The translations under genes were made by a program, and so were the position numbers. The notes under the pieces are model-generated. The model was given only the letters and a program-made list of their open reading frames with translations, had not been told where the DNA came from and ran no database searches. This document shows positions 25,900 through 37,889 of a stretch of 64,000 nt of DNA, piece after piece. How positions within the stretch are numbered: the stretch's first letter is position 1; each line of letters starts with the position of its first letter. Origin of the DNA: Octopus vulgaris (lineage: Eukaryota); NCBI GenBank assembly GCA_951406725.2, contig OX597820.1, positions 36,456,001 through 36,520,000 on the forward strand, given 5' to 3'.

Positions 25900-27245
25900 T
25901 ATTTCAAGTAACAAGGCTAGCACCTATCTTCCCCAAACTTTCCAATATTTCACTTTGCAGAGATACATTATATTCCGACCCCTGGAAACACATTTGAGAC
26001 CATCCTATTTCCAAAAACAGAAATCCCTCAAACCTTACCAACTATCATTCTCTCTCACTTCCAATATTTCAAAGGTGATGAAAACGGCCATCAACAACCT
26101 TCTCTCACACTTTTATTCTCTCCTACCCTTCTTAATAACAACTAGAATGCCTTTCATAAAGTCAAATTGACTGAAGATTAATGCCTCTGTCCCTTACCAC
26201 TGGACTCTTTCTTCCAAGAAACTTGGTGAAAGCAGTGCTGCCACTCTAAACATCAAAGCTTTCAATGAAGTCTGGCACACAAATTTACTGTCAAAAGTAC
26301 CTGCATTATAGGTTCAATCCAAATTTTATCTCTTAGATTGGTGGCTTCTTCTCAGCTACAACCCACACTCTAAACTATCATGATTCCGGAGGGTTTGCTT
26401 TTGACCTTCATGCTCTTTAACCTATACATAAATAACTTATTTGCCATCATTTCCAGCAGTGCTGATTTCTATGTAGATTATATTACCCTTCACTCTTTGC
26501 AAGCTTTTTGCACCCAAGTTTCATCCATATGCAACTCAAACATTTCAAGCCAAATCTGTACTGACTGCATGAACAGAAACCTTGACAACATTCTCTAATG
26601 AAGTCATGTCAACTTTGTATCCTTCAACAACAATAAAATCACTCCACATAAGAAAACAGTATCATACATCACCACCCACTTGTCAAATATGAACAATACT
26701 CACTTAGAACCCTCCTGATCTTTCAAAAACCAGGAGTCATTATCACTGAGTATTTGGAAAATGCACAACCTCATCATAGCAGAAGCTGCATCACAGACAA
26801 ATCTTTCATTTCGGGGCCAGAAAATGTTTCTGGTCCCATTGATTACACTATCCCTCCAGAAATCTCAAGTGAGACCCACAATGAAATACTACTTCTACAT
26901 CAGGGACAGTGTTGTAATATACACAAACATCCCAGACTGCATCCAAACAAAGGCTACTTTGCATGAAGTTACTCACAAAAATAATGTAGCCTCTGGTACA
27001 TAGATTTGCTGGGGTTTTTTTCTATTGCTTCAATAGTGGCTGGTACTTCTTGGAACACACTGATGTCATACTATCTCAATTCACAATTCACTTATCTCAC
27101 CTCTTTTATCTACAAGTTCTGCACTAACCACAACATCTAATCCTTGCCTCTTATAATGTCATCCCTCTGGAATTCCTTTCAATTTAGGTTTTTCTTGTAG
27201 CTGTTGACTTGTAACAGTTTAAGCACAATGATAATGACCTCAATC
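25900..27245 (+). mobile_element. CR1/L2-group LINE reverse-transcriptase relic
   Basis: SLTSNISKVMKTAIN; KAFNEVWH; LFNLYINNL...FYVDYITLHS (YADD); KSQVRPTMKY. Confidence 0.8.
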
Positions 27246-27607
27246 TTGGAGAGTGTGCAAAGGCTATTGGCATAAGCAAAAGCATCCACCAGTAGAAATC
27301 ATGCCAAAAATGACATTGGAGCTCAGCACAGTCCACTAACCCATCAGTTCATGTTGAACCCAAGCCAGCATGGAAAATGGCCATTAACTGACAATGATGA
27401 CATTGTTATACAAAATTCTCTTTGCCTTTATACATACATACCCCACAAGTCACAGAAAGCAGCATTGAATAAAATATATGTATATAGTCATATTTAACAT
27501 AGTTGTGTACACTTGTACATGGAAAGACCTTTCATCGCAATAACATTCTCAGGAGAAATTCTTCCTCATAGACAATTATATGTGAAAACACATTGCGCTA
27601 TGACTGT

Positions 27608-27945
27608 ACCAACCACATGGTTCCGGGTTCAGTCCCACTGCATGGCACCTTGGGCAAATATCTTCTACTGTAGCCTTGTGAGTGGATATGGTAGATGGAA
27701 ACTGAAAGAAGCCTGTCGTAAATATGTATATATATATATGTGTGCGTGTATGTTTGTGTGTCTGTGTTTGTCCCATCCAACATCGCTTGAGAACCGATGC
27801 TGGTGTGTTTATGTCCCCGTCACTCAGCGGTTCGGCAAAAGAGACCGATAGAATAAGTACTGGGCTTACAAAGAATAAGTCCCGGAGTCAAGTTGCTCGA
27901 CTAAAGGCGGTGCTCCAGCAAATGACTGAAACAAGTAAAAGAGTA
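27608..27945 (+). mobile_element. tRNA-derived CORE-type SINE
   Basis: ccaaccacatggttccgggttcagtccc...tgactgaaacaagtaaaagag. Confidence 0.9.
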
Positions 27946-28560
27946 ATATATATTATTCAATGTTGCTTCATGTGATTTGAGTTTATTCCAGCTGAACCAA
28001 GCTTTACACACATCAGTAAATATATTATTTGCAGTTCTGATATATAAGTATTCTCATTTATATAGGGCTGTGAAGGATGGAATCAGTATTTATAGCTGGC
28101 AACATGCAACAATGCCAAAATGTATGTCCTGTGAACCACTGGTGTCATTCATAGCCCAATGCATTTTCACACATTATCTGTGAGAAATTTCTCCTGAGAC
28201 TATTTCAACAGTAAAAGGGCTTGCCATGTTTGAGTGTAGACTAACACATTAAATATGATTGTATATGCACACACAGATATATACATGCACACACTGTTGT
28301 ACAAAATACTCTATAGCTAAAGCTAAATATATTACAACTTCAAGCTAATAGGAATTTCCTTTAATAGAAGCCTACCCATTCCTGTGAGCCCACCATACTA
28401 CCCTAGTGGCATACTTACCTTTAACACAATGTTCACACTATATATTCAGTCAAGCTTTCTCTCTCACTCACACAGACACATACATGTACATACAGATAAT
28501 ATACAGTATCATTACAGACATGTGCACACACATGAAAAGATACATACAGACACAAATGTT

Positions 28561-28598
<38 letters not shown>

Positions 28599-29825
28599 TA
28601 TACATATGAACACCCATACACATGTACACATACAAGATCACAACAGATATGTATACACATAAAACATGTGCAGACACAAAGATGTGTACACGTATGTACA
28701 CACGCACACATACACACACACACAGCATAAAAAATGCTAGTCTTTATCAAGTAGAACTGATGAATATTTCAAAATTACCTGTTTCCTTTGAAAATTGAAT
28801 ATATTGAGGACAAGTGGAGAGGAGGACAGACAGAGTGACAGTGAAGAAACCTAGTGCGGAATTGGTATAACACCACCACAGTTATTAGATTTCATTACCA
28901 GCAGGAAGCTATTGAAAGGTCACTGTTACTAAAGAGGAGGATGTTGACTGAAAAAGCATGCAACTACTCAGTTCAGCTCAGACACACTCATCTTACATAC
29001 TCATACACACACACACATAGACACATATGCAGAAATACTGATACATGTAAACACTTACACATAAGTTTACTTTCTTATGCAAATTTACAAACAGAAACTT
29101 GCATATGCAAACTTGAAAACACATGTACGAAATTAAAAACATACCCATGCCTTCACACGCACACACTAACCTACACAACTGTAAACAAATTTACACATAT
29201 ACAAAAACGTAAAAGCACATACAGACACAAATTCACACGTATACACACAAACATACATTCTTACACATAGTTAGAGAAGGAGAGAGAGAGGTGAGGGGGA
29301 AGAATAGGGAGTCTGTAAAAGGAACTGCTAGTGAATCCTACTTGGCACACATGTCTGCTGGGATTCAGGGAGCAGAACATATCTGCACTAGGATGGAACT
29401 TTTTCTCAGTTGCTACCACTTGGCATGTACCCAACAGCTTGTTGCAAACTTCACCACCATTATTAATATTACCACCACTATCACGACTATTGTCATGATC
29501 ACCACCACCACCATTAGCTCCACCAGTGTATGTGTGTGTGTATCCAAGAGTGTGTCTGAGCTGAATTGAACATCAGCACCTCCAAAAAAACATGACCAGA
29601 ACCTACTACCACTACCCACCTGACTACTGTTAAGTTACCTGAAATATCTACCTTGTATAAATCTATTTATGCCGTTACCCTTCTGGTTTATTTTAATAAA
29701 TTCTAGGAAATCAATCAGGGTTTTAGGGCTTCTTTTTGTGGAAACATAGGGGGGGGGGTTCTTAACAAGTTGGAGTGGGTTCTTAATAAGTTGTACAAAG
29801 AAGTCTTTTAAAATCTTAATGGAAG

Positions 29826-30208
29826 TTTTATTCTTTTATTCTTTTACTTGTTTCAGTCATTTGACTGTGGCCATGCTGGAGCAAAACCATAAAGGGTTTT
29901 TTCAGTTGAAGAAATCAACCTCAGGACTTATTCTTTGTAAGCCTAGTACTTATTCTATCAGTCTCTTTTGCTGAACTGCTAAGTTATGGGGATGTAAACA
30001 CACTAACACTGGTTGTCAAGCAATGGTGGGGGGACAGAGACACAAAGACACACAGACATAAATATATACATATATACACAACAAGCTTCTTTCAGTTTCC
30101 GTCTACCAAATCCACTCACAAGATTGGCCAGTCTGAGGCTATAGTAAAAGACACTTGTTTAAAGTGCCATGCAGTGGGATTGAACCAGGAACCATGTGGT
30201 TGTAAGCA
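29826..30208 (-). mobile_element. tRNA-derived CORE-type SINE
   Basis: Family-typical tail and head; a second head fragment lies on + at about 30290-30440. Confidence 0.85.
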
Positions 30209-30490
30209 CACAGAGCCACAGAGCTTGCTTAAGATACAACACAGTGTGAGTAAAACTATGCAGTTACCAAGTGAACTTTCAACACACCATTGTCGTGCAG
30301 TTAAGAAGTTCATTTTTTGATCATGTGCTTTCAGGTTCAATTCTCACTACACAACACATTGGGCATGTGTCTTCTATAGCTCAAAGCCAATCAAAGTATT
30401 CTAAATAGTTTTGATAGAGGCAAACTGAAGGAAGCCTTATTATATGTATATGCACATTATACATATACATTTATTATTATTATTATCATT

Positions 30491-30640
30491 GAGTGAGCGA
30501 GCAGAGCATGCCATCAAAGTGACACTGGGGTAAAATATACGAAGCCCAGTATACCCATCATGACTACCCGTCTGATAAGGGTACACCAGGCACATGCATC
30601 ACAACCATATGTGCGCGACATGGTGATCTCATATCAAGAT
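30491..30640 (-). mobile_element. Young 150-bp retroposon 3' end embedded in (ATT)n, probably R4/Dong-related
   Basis: CpG-retaining segment bounded on both sides by (ATT)n. Family assignment is inferred from the (TAA)n target. Confidence 0.5.
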
Positions 30641-30646
30641 TTATTA

Positions 30647-30690
<44 letters not shown>

Positions 30691-30792
30691 TCACTTGGAC
30701 ATAGCAATACTAATAACCTGGTGTTAGAACTCAATATACATACGCTTCAGAACAAAGTACCACACAAGTATAGGGCAGTAATAGCAAATTAA

Positions 30793-30945
30793 AATGACAA
30801 AGAAGCAAGAAATTATGCCATGAACTTCATTAGCCTACAATGAATCTATATGGTGAGTGATACACAGGCATTCAACTATGAGTGCATTGCATCATTTCTG
30901 TAAGCTAATGAAGTTCATGACATAACATCTTGTTCTTTAGTCATT
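30793..30945. repeat. Inverted repeat, about 47-bp arms
   Basis: aatgacaaagaagcaagaaattatgccatgaacttcattagc / gctaatgaagttcatgacataacatcttgttctttagtcatt. Confidence 0.85.
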
Positions 30946-30958
30946 CCTTTATATTTAC

Positions 30959-31022
<64 letters not shown>

Positions 31023-31070
31023 GGGGGGGAGTCAAGGTAAAAAATGCTAAAATAATTTTAGAAAAAACAT

Positions 31071-31110
31071 TTCAGTACTGATTTCAGTCATGGAGACCTT
31101 TTCAACTTAA
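31071..31110 (-). ncRNA. Decayed minimal hammerhead ribozyme relic
   Basis: Minus strand ttaagTTGAAAAggtc-tccat-gactGAAAtcagTActgaa. Topology is kept and deviations are mostly transitions. Confidence 0.4.
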
Positions 31111-31209
31111 GTATGGAAAACAATTAAATTTTGGAAAAATTAAAAGAAAAGCTTTTTTTAAATGAATATTTGCATAGTGTTCAAATACAAGTGGCATTTT
31201 CCTTGTTTC

Positions 31210-31293
31210 TGTCTCTCTTGTTTACTCTTGTGGGTTCGAGGTTGTTGTGAATTCACAACTACCTCGAACCCACAAGAGTAAACAAAAGAGACA
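31210..31293. repeat. Spacer-less palindrome, 42-bp arms
   Basis: Centred on GAATTC (31249-31254), 2 mismatches. Confidence 0.95.
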
Positions 31294-31344
31294 TACATAT
31301 ATATACACATATATACACACACACACACACATATATATATATAT

Positions 31345-31555
31345 TTTTACTCTTTACTCTCTCTTTTACTTGTTTCAGTCATTTGACTGCGGCCATGATA
31401 GAGCACCGCCTTTAATCAAGCAACTCGCCCCCGGGACTTATTCTTTTTGTAAGCCCAGTACTTATTCTATCGGTCTCTTTTGCTGAACTGCTAAGTAACG
31501 GGGACATAAACACACCAGCATCGGTTGTCAAGCAATGCTAGGGGGACAAACACAG

Positions 31556-31590
<35 letters not shown>

Positions 31591-31738
31591 CGACAGACTT
31601 CTTTCAGTTTCCGTCTACCAAATCCACTCACAAGGCATTGGTCAGCCCGGTGCTATAGCAGAAGACACGCAGTGGGACTGAACCCGGAACCATGTGGTTG
31701 GTTAGCAAGCTACTTACCACAGAGCCACTCCTGCGCCT
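31345..31738 (-). mobile_element. Young tRNA-derived CORE-type SINE (tandem copy 1)
   Basis: Complete 5' head (rc ggcgcaggagtggct) with an internal (TA)n. Confidence 0.9.
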
Positions 31739-31759
31739 ATATATATATATACTCTCTCT

Positions 31760-31976
31760 CTCTCTCTTTTACTCTTTTACTTGTTTCAGTCATTTGACCG
31801 CGGCCATGCTGGAGCACCGCCTTTAGTCGAGCAAATCGACCCTGGGACTTATTCATTGTAAGCCCAGTACTTATTCTATCGGTCTCTTTTGCCGAACTGC
31901 TAAGTGACGGGGACGTAAACACACCAGCATCGGTTGTCAAGCAATGCTAAGGGGACAAACACACACACATACACAC

Positions 31977-32009
<33 letters not shown>

Positions 32010-32163
32010 CGACGGGCTTCTTTCAGTTTCCGTCTACCAAATCCACTCACAAGGCATTGGTCGGCCCGGGGCTATAGCAGAAGACACTTGCCCAAGATGC
32101 CACACAGTGGGACTGAACCTGGAACCATGTGGTTGGTTAGCAAGCTACTTACCACACAGCCAC
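31760..32163 (-). mobile_element. Young tRNA-derived CORE-type SINE (tandem copy 2)
   Basis: Head-to-tail with copy 1; CpG-retaining. Confidence 0.9.
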
Positions 32164-32638
32164 ATATATATTTATTGAAAAAGGCATACAAAATGTAAAC
32201 ATTCATAGCAGAAGATTCATTTAATGTCAGAATATGCTTTTACAGAAAAAATAAGGGCTTAAATATAATGAAGTTGACTTTCATTTATGCTGGACAGTAT
32301 AATGCTTACTTTTTCTGTATAAATTTACTAAAACCATTAAATGGTTAGCTACCTTTTGAACTGGTAATCACGGTCTGGGCTATATTTTACTTAGCTGAGT
32401 AAAGTGTCATCCAAGCTGATGTTTATTGGTAATTGAACTTGATTTGCAACAGCTGGCATATTTATTAGATTTGTTTTTGTTGATAATTCCTATCAACAAA
32501 TTTTCCTGTGATCCTGATATGAGAAGACATACAGCAGTATGCTAAAGGTCGGCCCATAATCTCTTGTGGGCAAGAAATGTAAAATCAAGTTTATTATAAA
32601 CAACACAAACACTTTGTAATTTAATAGCTTTTAATGTG

Positions 32639-32723
32639 AGCGGAGGTAAAGAATATGAACACCTGGTGTTTAGGGTTAGGGTTAAGCCAAAAACAATTGG
32701 TATGCATAATCTTTACCTCTGCC
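32639..32723. mobile_element. 85-bp MITE with 9-bp TSD (Mutator-like) and internal TTAGGG repeats
   Basis: TIR gcggaggtaaagaatatg / cataatctttacctctgc; TSD tttaatgtg at 32630-32638 and 32724-32732. Confidence 0.75.
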
Positions 32724-33733
32724 TTTAATGTGATACCTGTTAAACAGAAATTATTTTTATATAATGAAAATTTGATATAATCTAATCATAAGTAAGTGAA
32801 ATTATGCTAAATACAACTAAATTGAAAACCTTTTACCCCTGGCCATATTGGCAAATCTGAAAACTTTTGGGTGCAAATTTTACATGAAGCTTTTTTTTAA
32901 ACAATTTTTATCCTGAAAATCACCTGCATAAATTACATAGGTACACAAATTACATGGGTTTTTATGGCATATATGTATGTGTGTGTATGCAACATATAAT
33001 ATAATTAAAACATTTGCCATTGGGGGCTTTACTCTCAGATCATTTTATATGTTACATGTTTGACTGATCAAAATGTGAGAGTTTACAAGAAGCAAGCAGT
33101 GTTCTGAGTGGTAATGCAATCTTTTCATACCACTTGGGTATGCTAACATACAAACCTGTACAAAAAAAGTGACTGAGGTTTCCAAGTTAAAATTACCCTC
33201 ATTAACACTTATGCACTGACAGCACCTACTGACTGACATTCACTGAGGATAATCTTATTCATTTTTGAGTAATAACCAACAGCGCGCGTGTGTGTGTACA
33301 CATATGTATGCTTACAATGTAGCAAGTGAAAGTGTATATGAAACAGAGTCACAATAACAATAAAAGCAACATATCACGTTCTGAACAGTGTGTAAACCAA
33401 AAAAAGTCTATGCACCTAAACTTCCAAAAGAAAACATATCACTAAATATCAATAGTAACTAATTACAAAATTGTGGGTCCAGCTATCAACTCATTTCAAT
33501 GCGTTTCTATATCTTTTAATCCCAACTTTGTTCAGCTATAGTCAATAGTTTACTTTTGGCTCAAACTTAACTCCTTTAAGTCAATCCAATATCAATGCTG
33601 TATTCCAACGGAGATATTTCAGGCATGGGTGGGTGGTTAAGAAAGTTTGCCTTACGACCAAATAGTTGCAGATTCAGTTCCACTTCCTGGTACCCTGTGA
33701 GTGAATTTGATACATGAAGACAGTAAAGAAACC

Positions 33734-33792
<59 letters not shown>

Positions 33793-33799
<7 letters not shown>

Positions 33800-34026
33800 T
33801 GTAAAAAGATTCGAGTGAGGCTGCCAGTACCGTCTGACTGGCCCTCGTGCCAGTGGCATGCAAAAGCACCCACTACACTCTTGGACTGGTTGGCATTAGG
33901 AAGGGCATCCAGCTGTAGAAACTCTGCCAGATCAAGATTGGAGCCTGGAGCAGCCATCTGGTTTGCCAGCCCTCAGTCAAATCGTCCAACCCATGCTAGC
34001 ATGGAAAGTGGACGTTAAATGATGAT
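33793..34026 (+). mobile_element. RTE-type LINE 3' end within (TA)n
   Basis: gtgccagtggcatgcaaaagcaccc...caacccatgctagcatggaaagtggacgttaaatgatgat. Confidence 0.85.
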
Positions 34027-34053
34027 AATATATATATATATATAATGTATAAA

Positions 34054-34315
34054 GGTGCATGGCCCAGTGGCTAGGGTGTTGCATTCACAATCATGAGATC
34101 ATGATCTCACTTCCAAGACTGGTAGTGCATTGAGTTCTTGAGCAAGACATTCCTTTTCACATTGCTCCAGTTCACTTGTAAATAGGTAAGCTTGTGACAG
34201 ACTGGCATTCTGTTCAGGGTGAATGTTGGCCTGCCCACTTAGCCAGCAGGGTAGCATCATTCAAAAACTAAAGCAATAGCACTGTATGACAACATCTGAT
34301 TGTCTAGTCGATATC
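34054..34315 (+). mobile_element. tRNA-derived SINE (third family)
   Basis: ggtgcatggcccagtggctaggg head, cttgagcaagaca core, tgacagactggcattctgttcagggt segment. Confidence 0.6.
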
Positions 34316-34321
34316 CTGACT

Positions 34322-34356
<35 letters not shown>

Positions 34357-34581
34357 ATCTTCATCAGAATTTCTGACCAGTTATTCCATCAACTGAACAA
34401 CCAAGTTCATTAACAGTTGTTGAGTATTCCACAGATACATGCACCTTTAATGTAATTATCAAGCTTTATCTGATCCATGCAAGCATAGAAAAGAAGACAT
34501 TAAAAGAATGAAGATTATAATTTTGATTTTTAAAAAATATTTGGAGGAGTTAAAATTCATCTCACAATAACTTAGGTCAGC

Positions 34582-34633
<52 letters not shown>

Positions 34634-35474
34634 ACAAAATATGAGTGATTGTTTATATTTAGTTACATCATTTTATGTATATTTCATTAACATAAGGGGA
34701 TCAGTAATTACATAATGTTTATTAAAAGTTTAAATTCAACTGAGTGTGTGTGTGTGTGTGTGTAAGAAGAGTCATAAATTAATTGATAATGAAACTAAAT
34801 CTGATTAGATGAATCGATTATAATCATTCCCTGAATATGCAGAGCTGATTGCAATTTTTGTAGAATAACCATTTCATAAGGGAATTCAAAATAAGAATAA
34901 CATGTTTGAAGATTTGATGATCACAACTATCTTTGAATGTGCCCCAACTTATAAATCCTGTTATTATAAGTCTACTAAATAAGAATGTCAACAACAATTA
35001 TAATTTTGTTTCCTCAGAGAGAGGGATATAGCAGACACAAAGAGCCATAAAGACTCCTAAAAAATGTCATTACATAGGGATACAATCTTTTTTCTGATCA
35101 GATTATCTTTGTGGAAACGGTATATAAAATGTCAAGTTAACACTTCCCACAAGTCACAAAGCTGAACCTCAGCTGAAGTTTTCTTAATGTTTTACAGTGT
35201 TATTCTATGAAAGATAATTTTTCTAGAAAATTTTAGTAGAGAGACAGATACTGTCCATGGTTAGGTAAATTGAGAAAATGTGGAATTAAATGCCTTGCTC
35301 AGAGACACGTCAACATAGCTACAGCAGGATATGAACTCACAATCTTTAAGTCTTAATCACTCAATCATAATGCACAGTTGTCACAAAAGCATTCTGTATG
35401 ACTAACAAATTACCAATGCATGTCATGAAAGCAAACCGTATGTGTATGTGTGTATGAGTGATTGCGTTTGAGGT

Positions 35475-35673
35475 AAATAGAGTGTAAAAGTGAGGTACAC
35501 CGAGGGATAAGTGAAGGAGGAGATTGGGAGGATTGGTTTAAAAAAGGAAGATGCCCAAAACCAGGCAAGATGGTGAGATGGAGTGAAGGCAGTTTCTACA
35601 GCATTGAGTTAGATCCAGCCACCCCATTAACAGGGACAAAACCTGGATTTAAAACACTGGATGATGATGATGG
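35475..35673 (+). mobile_element. LINE (RTE-like) C-terminus and 3' end
   Basis: IGLKKEDAQNQARW*DGVKAV-type terminus and (GAT)n tail. Confidence 0.55.
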
Positions 35674-36813
35674 ATGATATATATACATATATATATCTGT
35701 GTATGTGTGTGTGTATATATATATATATATATGCACACACAGAGAGAATCATCAAAACAACCACTTGCTCATTCAACACTATTTCTTTTTAATGATTTAT
35801 TCAAAGGAAGAAAGGAAGCACTCCATAGTCTTTCTCAGGGTTTCCACAACTGGTGATGCAAAGGAACGAGTTATTCTCAGAGTCCAAACGGGGCCCAAAT
35901 GCTTGCAAGAGTTTGCACTCTATTAAAGGTATCTAAGAGTCATGTGACAATGTTAAACTGGGTGATGGATAAAGTCATCCAGTTTAGAATAGATTAAGCA
36001 TACTGGGTGACCTTGTGGCTAGATGTTTAGTAATTGCATCTGGAGGAGGAGGAGGAGGAGGAGATAATAACAGCAGCAGCAGAGCAGCAACTTAACTTCA
36101 TAAGCACTTGAATAATTGGAGCATACACTCACTGTGTACACACACATATATACACACAAGTAACTGAATGTACATTCAAATTGTGTACATGCACTCACAC
36201 ACACACACCACGCACAACAGAATATACACATATTCACATTGTATACACTATACATTAAAGTATACACACATCAATACATGTACAAAAAACCCATACACAT
36301 TTTGTACATATATAAACACATCCATGTATGCACAAAAATAAATGTATATATACACATGCTGATATATGACCTACGTTGGACTCTTCATTCACATAATCAC
36401 TGAACCTGGAGCTTAACTATAGTCTGTCCATAGCACTTACTCAGCATTACCTGATGCCTTTGCGTCTTCTTGACACCATTACCTCTCATAACCTATATAT
36501 ATATATGTGTTGGGTCATCCCATAAATAATGCAGTTTTTTCAATTGCATGAACTAAAAGTCAGAGGCGGGTGGGATAAAATACCTGCATCAACTTGCTAT
36601 AAAAGCAGGTAGTAATTTTACCATGTATTTATTGTTAGTGCAAGTTTTGAAGATTGCAGTTCAATTTTAACAGTTATTTTTTCAAAGCTATAATGGAAGT
36701 GACAAAGGAACATATTCAGAATATTTTGCTTTAAGAGTTCATTGAAGGCAACAACACAATGGAAAGTGTGAAGAATATTAATGCTGTCTATGGGGATTGG
36801 ACAATAAGCTTAA

Positions 36814-37889
36814 CCCTTTCGTTACTATATTTCTGACTAAAATACACCCCTTATGTGTTTCAATTAATTTCTAACATAATCATAAATTTAGTCTGGTTTC
36901 ATTAAACAACTATAACTTTTTTATTTATCAATATATTAATGTGATTTTTGGAAGATAATTTAATGAAATGTTCTCAACCAATTCTATACTATAATTTTTG
37001 TCACAAAGTGACTCTAACTGCAGGTAGATACAGGTAAATTCAACAAAATATAAAATTATTAAAATTTTGTTCAAACATTGCTATAGAAAATGGGTTATTA
37101 GCTAATATTCAATTGGGTATACAACAAAATTTTACGTAGAATTTGTTATTCTGGGTAACTTTCTGATACCCATAATAATATTTATGGCAAAATAGTCTTA
37201 ATTTCATTTAAGGTTGTGGGAAACCACTAACTATCCTTTCTTTCGCTTTGTTTACATTTAGTGTAACGGTTCGTTTCCGCCGTAATGATTTCAAATAGGC
37301 TCATTCGAAAAAGTAAAAAGAAATAGTCTAAGGCTTTACTCTCCTGGGAAAGTCTGTGGCTTGGTCCAGTTTCTTCAGAAAAATCACCGAAAGAAACAGT
37401 TTTTAAATTTTCACTCCATTCAGGTGCCAATTCATTTTCTTTATTGCTGTCGGAGCTCTCGGATTCACTGTTTTCACTTTCGGAAAATGAAACATCAGAT
37501 TCATTATCAAATACCACGTGCTTTTTTTTTCCAGTCATAGAGTTAGATTTATCAAGGTCTTCAGTAGAAAATCCTTCGAATTCTGACTCGCTGCTTGATA
37601 TAATGAAATTCGTATCCATTTTTTGTCAGAATTACAAATTTTGAAAACACAATAGGAACAAATTTCGGAAAAAAATCTCCCTAAATTCACGGAATGAAAA
37701 TTACACTTCGATCGTTGTACAAAACTGTAGATGAACTGTTTACGAAGCATAATCACATGTTTTCACAAATGTACTAAAGAGATTTGCTCTGATATTCTCA
37801 TTTAAATATGAATAGGTAAATACGGGCGGGTTTGGGCGGTTTGGTCACATTAACCAAAATTTTTTTCAGGCGCCTTTGTAACGAAAGGG
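36814..37889 (-). mobile_element. Internally deleted piggyBac element (1076 bp)
   Basis: TTAA TSDs at 36810-36813 and 37890-37893; perfect 12-bp TIR CCCTTTCGTTAC / GTAACGAAAGGG. Removing it restores the mariner reading frame. Confidence 0.95.
37227..37619 (-). CDS. N-terminal 130 aa of a piggyBac (PGBD4-like) transposase with no catalytic domain
   Basis: Acidic/Ser-rich N-terminus then W...FSEETGP...LDYFFLLF...IITAETNRY, the conserved start of piggyBac transposases. Open without stops. Confidence 0.8.
   Translation of the reverse strand: MDTNFIISSSESEFEGFSTEDLDKSNSMTGKKKHVVFDNESDVSFSESENSESESSDSNKENELAPEWSENLKTVSFGDFSEETGPSHRLSQESKALDYFFLLFRMSLFEIITAETNRYTKCKQSERKDS

Noticed and set aside
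30793-30945. Hammerhead within this inverted repeat (CTAATGA)
   Set aside because: Both arms have CTAATGA and lack GAAA; kept only as an inverted repeat.
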